From contig OX597833.1 in NCBI GenBank assembly GCA_951406725.2, positions 68,944,001-69,008,000 of the forward strand: a DNA stretch of 64,000 nt. The letters are read 5' to 3'. Source of the DNA: Octopus vulgaris (Eukaryota). Below, in pieces: positions 53,811 through 64,000 of this stretch. A program made the position numbers and the translations under genes. Below the pieces are notes generated by a model. That model was not told the origin of the DNA. It searched no databases and worked only from the letters and a program-made list of their open reading frames with translations. Numbering within the stretch: the first letter of the stretch is position 1; each line of letters begins with the position of its first letter.

Positions 53811-55299
53811 GCTAAGCACAAGGAGGAATCCAAGATAGTCAGTACGTTAAACAGCAAGAAGCAGAGAATTTTAAAAATAGACTAAAATTTGTAGTAAAGC
53901 ATTTAATGATATTTAATGATAGTTTTTAATTTAGGTCCGTCGCAAGCAATTGCAGGTAGTGTGGATTGTATTAGTTGAAACTATTGACACAAGTCTTCGG
54001 CTGTAAGTTTATTTTACCGAACCCGAAATTATGATAGACAAAGCTGACCCTAGCAGGACTTGAACTTGGAATGTATAGAAACCTCTAAAATGAACAAATA
54101 TTTTCCATTATTCCAACAATTTAATTTGCTGGCGTTGTGCTTAAATTAAAACCATCTACAACAAGGATCATTGACATCATCATGATCATTATTCAAATGG
54201 CAAGCTTGCAGAATAGTTTACCAAGCCGCACATAGCACTTGGAGGCATTTTTTCTGACTTTATGATCTGCGTTCAAATGGCGCCGAGGTCGGTTCTCATT
54301 TGTATCCTTTCGAGGTCCATTAAATAGAACCATTCACAACTGCTGGTCTTGTGTCCAAATTGAAAGTAAAGTGGCGAGCAAACAGAATCGGTAGAGCGTC
54401 GGACAAAGCAAAGGAAATATTTATTCCCAGTTAACTACTGCAGTTGTTCTGGGTTCTAACAACACCTATTTAAATTATATGTATATATTTCTAGGCACTT
54501 ACTGTCAAGAAATTATGGTTTGATTCTCGAATATGGTTAATATATATACGTATAAGCTTCATCAGTGATTAAGATCGATCATGCATAATTTCTAAGTTCA
54601 AACCTTACCTGGGTCCGTTTTTGTCTTTCCATTTTCCGAATTAGTTAAATAAAGTGCCTTTCAAATACTACATTGAATTTATTGCATTCGCTATTTGTCC
54701 CCAAATGGTTTTGGCGTGCATGATAGAGCCAACTTCAAATCCACACTCAATCAAACCGCTCCTACTTAAGCTGAAAGTGAAACATTGATTGGTGTACTAC
54801 TTTACCTCTTTGTACATAGCTGTTACACATCTGTAACACTAGATCAGTAAAAGTAGAACATACGTTATAACATTCCACCAACACACACACAGAAACATAT
54901 ACGAACGCACACAGAAACACACACGCACACACACATATGTGCAAGAGTACTGCATTAATGGGGAAAACGAAAAAGACAAAAGAATTTCTCTGGTCTTTGT
55001 ATCAGCAGAGAATGTGTTGTTGATGTGGCGAGAGGAACAATACAGAACCTTGCTGTGAATAAACCATTCCGTTGAAAAGCGTACGCCAGCTGCTACAATA
55101 TTGTGGTGTGTTTCGACAGCAGTATACGTGGATAATAGCGGCAATATGAATTATTTAATTCTTAGAGGACAGATGAGAATTGTATAGGTGGGTGAGTTGG
55201 GTAATGAAAATCAAAGTGTTATGTAATTAATTATGACAGAACTGAATACTTGAAAGAGCGTTTAATTAGTCTGGCGGGGAAATATGGCGGAAGTGATGG

Positions 55300-55729
55300 A
55301 AGGAAAGAGTACGAGAGAAACGGGAGGCGAGAGTGTGGCGGAGAGAGAGAACGCGGGAAAGAGAGGGGGATGAGAGAGAATGTGAACGAGAGAGAGAGGG
55401 AGGGAGCGCGCAGGAAGGGTGGGAAGAGAGTGCAAGAACGAGAGAGATTGAAAGAGAAGGCGCGCGCGTGGGAGTGTGAGAGAGAAAGGGAGCGTGAGAG
55501 AATAGAACAGAAAGTAAGAGAGAGAGAGTTGGATAGAATGGGTGCGGGAGTGAATTATGGAGAGATGGTGAGGGAACGTGAGACAGAGGGAAAGACAGAA
55601 GGCGCGCGGGAGAGAGAACAAAAGAGAGTGAGAGAGAACATGAGGGAGAGAGAGAACATGAGAGAGAGAGAGAGAGAGCACGAGAGAGTGTGAGGGACAG
55701 GAAGAGAGATAGCACGAGGGAGAGAAAGA
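55300..55729. repeat. GA-rich low-complexity tract
   Basis: Directly visible polypurine strand. Confidence 0.85.
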
Positions 55730-56125
55730 GAGAGCACGTGTGTGAGGGAGAGGAAGAGAGAGCACGTGTGTGAGGGAGAGGAAGAGAGAGCACGAATGTG
55801 AGGGAGGGAGAGAGAACGCGAATGTGAGGGAGAGGAAGAGAGAGAGCACGAATGTGAGGGAGAGGAAGAGAGAGAGCACGAATGTGAGGGAGAGGAAGAG
55901 AGAGAGCACGAATGTGAGGGAGAGGAAGAGAGAGAGCACGAATGTGAGGGAGAGGAGAGAGAGAGAGAGAGCACGAATGTGAGGGAGAGGAAGAGAGAGA
56001 GCACGAATGTGAGGGAGAGGAAGAGAGAGAGCACGAATGTGAGGGAGAGGAAGAGAGAGAGCACGAATGTGAGGGAGAGGAAGAGAGAGAGCACGAATGT
56101 GAGGGAGAGGAAGAGAGAGAGCACA
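55730..56125. repeat. 30-bp minisatellite GCACGAATGTGAGGGAGAGGAAGAGAGAGA, about 13 units
   Basis: Near-perfect tandem units. Confidence 0.95.
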
Positions 56126-56211
56126 AAAGAGGGAGAGAGCGACCACTTGAGACAGAGAGAGTTATGCTGTTTACTAAAATGATAATTTCACGTATATTAT
56201 ATATATGCGTG

Positions 56212-56253
<42 letters not shown>

Positions 56254-57544
56254 TTCCTAAAAAAAATTTTAGAAATGCCTAAGACGATATTGAGTGTGAC
56301 TGTGTCGCGTGCAGGATCTGGCGATACAATGGAATATACTTTATCGACAGCGGAAGAATGGCAAGAGAATAGAGAAGTGCATAGGGTTAAGAATTCAAAT
56401 GCTGAAAGAGAATAGCAAAATCTTGCGAGATTTTTTTTTTGCTCTCGTTCTCTATTAATTATGCCAGCAGAATGCCATTATGCAGAATTGGTAACAGTTA
56501 CCCGAGAGTAAATCAAAATTCTATAAATACTTGATGTTCAATTTTATTTATTCATTTGGGAAAATGTACCGCTCAAGAAGGACTCTCAGTTTGAACAAAT
56601 TCCATGATATATCGTATTCAGATGCTTTTATTAAATTAATTCATTTCTTAAACATAAATAAATCTTGGAATTAAATGGTTTTCATTTACTTTTAGCCAAC
56701 CCTGTATATTAAATAAATATGAATAACACCAACTATAGAACGTGCTGGTTTATCACATTTAGTGTCTATTTTATTTATTTTTATATCATGCAATAGAAAT
56801 AAGTAAAATTCACACAGCTGGCATATCATTTAGAATAAGTACACAAGCAAAACTTACTCGAAAACCTCACCACATAAAATGGTGGAAATTCTTAATTAAA
56901 TGACAGAAAGCTATCAAAATAAGCGTCAATAGATATACAAAGAACTCCGTCTCTTAGAAGATAATGAAGTGAATATTATCAAACGAAATCACAAGGGATA
57001 ATTCTATACGGTATTCTATGGTTTTAGCTTTGTAAAATATGCATTCAATGTGTTGTAATGAACACGCAATGTTCTATGTTGAGGTATTTTAGTCTTCTGG
57101 CTGCCATATTTGATTCATCAATAACCAAGCATATACATACATTATAATTAATTATAAACACGTGTTTAACTGTAATACATAGACGTGAATGCTCACACAT
57201 ATATCTAAAAGCTTGCACAAATGTATAACTACAGAACACATACACGTGTGTGTGTGTGAAAGAGAGAGAGAGAGGGTAAGTAATGCATCGAAAGTTAGGA
57301 AGGAGCTACTCAATGATAGAGTTAATGGTTAATTTTAAAACAATGCAAAGAATATAGAAAATACCATACATCAACGGAATATACGGTATTTCATATATTC
57401 ATTACGCTGTTTTAAAAGTTCCACATGTACAATAGAATCTACAGGCATATTCACAGGCCAACACACAAAGAAGCATATGTACACACACACATCCATATTC
57501 AGATACATATGTAAAATGATGTTATATATATATATATATATATA

Positions 57545-57920
57545 CTAGCAGTATCGCCCGGCGTTGCTCAGGTTTGTAAGGGAAATAACTATAAAGCATT
57601 TTTAGAGAGTTATAGCCAAAAAATAGCAAAAAAAATGGAAAAAAAATGATGGTAAATTTTTTTGAGAGTTAAAAAAGGTGGAGTTGCGTCCCCTAGACGG
57701 TCTGTGGTTTGGGTTTCTGATTCTCGACCCCATGTCGAATTTATCGATTTTTTTCAGAACTGGAGGAACTTTTCAAAATTTTCGCTGCGTTAGTTTTGAA
57801 TTATGACATTGGGCTATGTGTGTGTCAAGTTTCATCAGAATCGGTTGAAAGCCGTGGTCAGAGTGAGGGTACGAGAAAACAGACACACAGAAAAACGCAC
57901 AGACAAACTGCCGTTTATAT

Positions 57921-57925
<5 letters not shown>
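57545..57925 (-). mobile_element. non-autonomous Helitron, near-identical to 40354-40737
   Basis: CTAGCAGTATCGCCCGGCGTTGCTCAGG...CCGTTTATATAGAGA inside (TA)n. Confidence 0.9.
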
Positions 57926-57957
<32 letters not shown>

Positions 57958-58009
57958 TGTAGATTCTATTGTACATGTGGAACTTTTAAAACAGCGTAAT
58001 GAATATATG

Positions 58010-58056
<47 letters not shown>

Positions 58057-58228
58057 GGGTTCAGTAAAAAAATTTACTTTACCACACACCGAACTTTTAG
58101 AAATAGCAGCCAAAAAAGTTTAGCTATTTCTTCTACTATAAGAAAAGTCTCCTACACAATGTATACTCAAAAATAATTCACGTAGATCTAGAGGGAAAAA
58201 TAACGAAATATCACACGTACATCGATTA

Positions 58229-58309
58229 CTTGAGAACGCCGTTTCTGGATTAGTTGGATAAATAGATGCTAGAAATACATACTCTTAACATTTCCTTCGT
58301 CAGCCCAAG
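58229..58309 (-). ncRNA. type I hammerhead ribozyme-like motif with long stem II
   Basis: Minus strand CTTGGG-CTGACGA-A-GGA...TCC-A-GAAA-CGGCG-TT-CTCAAG; stem I CTTGGG/CTCAAG pairs, core boxes intact. Confidence 0.55.
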
Positions 58310-58950
58310 ATTTCGTTTGGTTTAAATTTGAGAGCACTAAAAATCGTGTATATTCATATACACACACAATTTACAACAACAGAGTACCTGGGAGAAGAGG
58401 CTAATTGTTTTGAATCTAGAAGTCTCTGTAGTGTTTAATACATTCGTTTTGAATTGCATACACACTATCCTGAATATAAACTTGAATGCTTCCGCTACGC
58501 TCTGAAAATCATTAGTGTAGTGAATGATAGAGATGTAGAAATATTCAAATCAGTTAAAATAACAACTTAATATCGATATAGTGTTTTCTATCTCACCATC
58601 GAGTTGATAAGTTCTGCCTGTCTTTGAAATGGACCGTGTTTCCCAAGCACTTCATCTTGAAGAGGTGTTTACCTGGACGAATCACCGTAGCCAAAAGCGT
58701 TTGACCACAATTACTCACACACAAACACATTATGCATGTCATTTGGGTAACATATATATGAAGATATTTGCCCAAACTCAGGCACATTGTAATAGGTGGT
58801 TGCTAAGTGAATCTCTTAACGCTACACCAATGCAGTTTCATTTTCCATTAAGGAATCTCTCAAATATCTAAAATATGCGTTCAGCCCTTGTTTCCATATA
58901 CCACAGTTTATACTGCAATGCTTGTATGAAACGAATCCACACAGCTAGAT

Positions 58951-59256
58951 CAGGGGTTCTCAATCATTTTTGATATATGGACCCCTATGGTTCCTATTTT
59001 ATTCTGGTGGATCTCCATCGCCATTTGATGTTTTAATCCTAATTTCCATTGCTTTTTACACTGTGTGTGTAGGTTGAACAATATAAAATGTTAAAGAAAC
59101 CGCGTAGTTGTGTTTTTATTTATTTTACTATAAATACGTCTAAAGCAAAATATTTTCATAAGATATTTTCTTACGATAAATCCCAATTTACTATTTTGCT
59201 GCATGGACTTATATAGACCCCTAGGGGCCATAATAGAAACCGGTTGAGAACCACCG
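58951..59256. mobile_element. hAT (Charlie-like) MITE
   Basis: TIRs CAGGGGTTCTCAATC / GGTTGAGAACCACCG; 8-bp flanks AGCTAGAT / AACTAGAA with central CTAG. Confidence 0.75.
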
Positions 59257-59927
59257 AACTAGAACTTCTGTAAAACGCAAATTACTGACTCAGAAAAGCT
59301 AGCGTGTACTGTTTCGTACACTAAAACAAAATTCCCAAACTTTTAGGGCCAAACGATTTATTTATTGTCATCTTTCCTGCAGAGATGGAGAAAAATATAA
59401 CAGACATTTATATTACCATTGTGACAAACAAAATCACAGACGCAAGAGTATAATCTCTTGTAAACAACAGTTCTCTGTGAAATATACGAAAGGCAGCGAA
59501 ATCAATTTCATGGCAGTAAAATTTATATATGCGTGTCAATTATGCATTTTCATATCTCTAGTAAATATCTACATACAAAGGTTTACCAAGGCAGGAAAAA
59601 AACCTGTTAATAAAATGTTTAAACCTAAAAGCAGTGCTGTTAATTGATACATCAGTAACTCAATAATTACAGAGATGATGTTGATCAAACGGTGTTAGAA
59701 CTATCAAACCGATGTACATTTTTTTTTTATTTATAATATGACTTCTGTCATGGAGGCTTTGTATTGTGGTGCGTATTATTAGAGTTAATTTACCTGCCAT
59801 AAGTTGTGGATAATTAGGTGTTAACGTAAGAGAAATTTCGTATGTAGTCATTTTATCACGGTTGCCCCATTAGTGAGTAAAATAACAATACACCGCTTTA
59901 TATACAAACAGGAAATTAATTGGTCAT

Positions 59928-62214
<2,287 letters not shown>

Positions 62215-62402
62215 AGGAGATGTGGAACACGAGTTGTGATATATAAAAAAAGGAAATGAAGAAAATGCTGACAAAATAATTTAAGTAAGAAAGAGTGTAT
62301 TTAATTAGGTGAAGTTCTTTTTACCGGTTGCGCATTTGTTATGCTTATCAAAAGATATTTTGAGTGAGATAGAGTTCCTTCCTGATTGATTTTTTTCTCT
62401 TA

Positions 62403-62433
<31 letters not shown>

Positions 62434-63434
62434 CTGTATATATATATATACATGTATATATATATATATACATGTATATATATATATATACATGTATATA
62501 CGTGTGAACACATACATGTACACGCGTAATGTTTCCAGGGTTATTAGTACACACTCATACTCGTATACTAAATCACCTATGGAAAATGTTGCTATTTCCA
62601 ATACTTACTCTCTCTCAAGTACAATATATAAATGTATAATCACACAAAGTATGGGGGGTTTAGTTCACAGGTGATCTAAACAAATAGGTACACTAGGTAA
62701 GTGATGTAACGGATTATTAGGGCCCCAAGGTTATAGCCGAGACGGGAGTTATGGAGCCATTCTAGATTTCCGTTTTAAAGCGGACAACAAACATTTAGGA
62801 AAGGCAAACAGCTCAGGTTGTATACAATATTATTATTGGAAATATAAAAATGCATCAAACACCAACGCCGTATTAATTTGTGAATTATTATTTATTTCAA
62901 GAAAATATGCTCTTCATGAAAAGAAATCGCTCGGAAATGCGAAAATCAAATTTTCTGAGACTCAATAATTCTTTAAAAATTTTTGACTTATGAATAAAAA
63001 ATCTGCCTGACTGACTGGAATCAAGAGGGCAGTCGTGATGATGTATTTCTGACCCAATGGGAGTCATTTACATAACCATAGCTCTACTTTGATTTCCGTT
63101 GAGTACATACTTAGACAAATAGAAATACAGTAGAAAAATGAATATAGTCAAGAGGAATTTTTATATAAATGAATGCAGAAACGCGTATTCATTATGAACC
63201 TCATATCTCAAGACAATCAGAATCTCAATTCATATTTGGCGTACAAATTTTGTTGAATTTTCTTCGACATCCGAGATAAAATATTCTCCTGACATGGTGT
63301 CAGTTGCCTCCAGCTGTACTTGTTTTTGTTTCTTTCTAAAACAGAATTTAATTTCAATAATTCATTTGCAAGGTATTTGTTTGGATTATATTCGACATAA
63401 ATGATGTTTTTAGATGCCAAAACTATGCAAGATT

Positions 63435-63435
63435 A

Positions 63436-63490
<55 letters not shown>

Positions 63491-63527
63491 GTACATATGT
63501 GTGTATATATACATGTGTATATTTATT

Positions 63528-63559
<32 letters not shown>

Positions 63560-63606
63560 TATATGTACATATGTGTGTATATATATATATTTATATATAT
63601 ATATAT

Positions 63607-63667
<61 letters not shown>

Positions 63668-64000
63668 GTATTATATATATATATATGTATGTATATATAT
63701 ATATATATGTATGTATATATATATATATGTATGTATATATATATATATATATGTGCATATGTGTATATATACATGTATATATATATATATAAATATATGT
63801 GCATATGTGTATATATACATGTGTATATATATATATATAAATATATGTGCATATGTGTATATATACATGTGTATATATATATATAAATATATGTGCATAT
63901 GTGTATATTTACATGTGCATGTATATATATAAATATATGTGCATATGTGTATATATACATGTGCATGTATATATATATAAATATATGTGCATATGTGTAT
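63435..64000. repeat. TA/TG microsatellite grading into a ~40-bp higher-order repeat
   Basis: AAATATATGTGCATATGTGTATATATACATGTG repeated at the window end. Confidence 0.9.

Noticed and set aside
55730-56125. CRISPR-like regular repeats
   Set aside because: No unique spacers, no cas genes, eukaryotic context
55250-56182. ORFs with ERKRESTNVR or SLSSSPSHSC repeats
   Set aside because: 30-bp minisatellite open in several frames on both strands; no unique domain
56490-56707. Possible Tc1/mariner MITE ending TTAGCCAACCCTGTA
   Set aside because: Matching left TIR not convincingly found
59745-59765. Seed-like match to miR-281 (and miR-279-like TGACTAGA at ~42040, ~49839)
   Set aside because: Match ends after 8-10 nt and no supporting hairpin

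Overview
AT-rich, repeat-dominated eukaryotic DNA with no intact protein-coding gene that I can support. The SINE families resemble those I recall from octopus, so a cephalopod origin is likely (inference, not searched). The window holds four tRNA-derived SINE families in many copies and a 5'-truncated Penelope-like element (RT C-terminus plus GIY-YIG). It also holds DD37D/maT and mariner transposase relics, four Helitron-type elements, a hAT MITE, CRE/RTE/Tx1-like LINE 3' fragments, a diverged 5S rRNA copy, a 1004-bp tandem duplication and long micro/minisatellites. Most ORF-track entries are microsatellite or SINE artefacts. Three things stand out. (1) About eight sequence-unrelated short elements, mostly sitting in (TA)n tracts, each carry a minimal hammerhead-ribozyme-like core. 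(2) The Penelope 3' region has a five-fold ATTGG-N12-TGACRT array plus a TATA box. (3) The SINEs swap modules and act as landing pads for other elements. A heavily decayed cadherin-repeat gene may lie at 38-42 kb.
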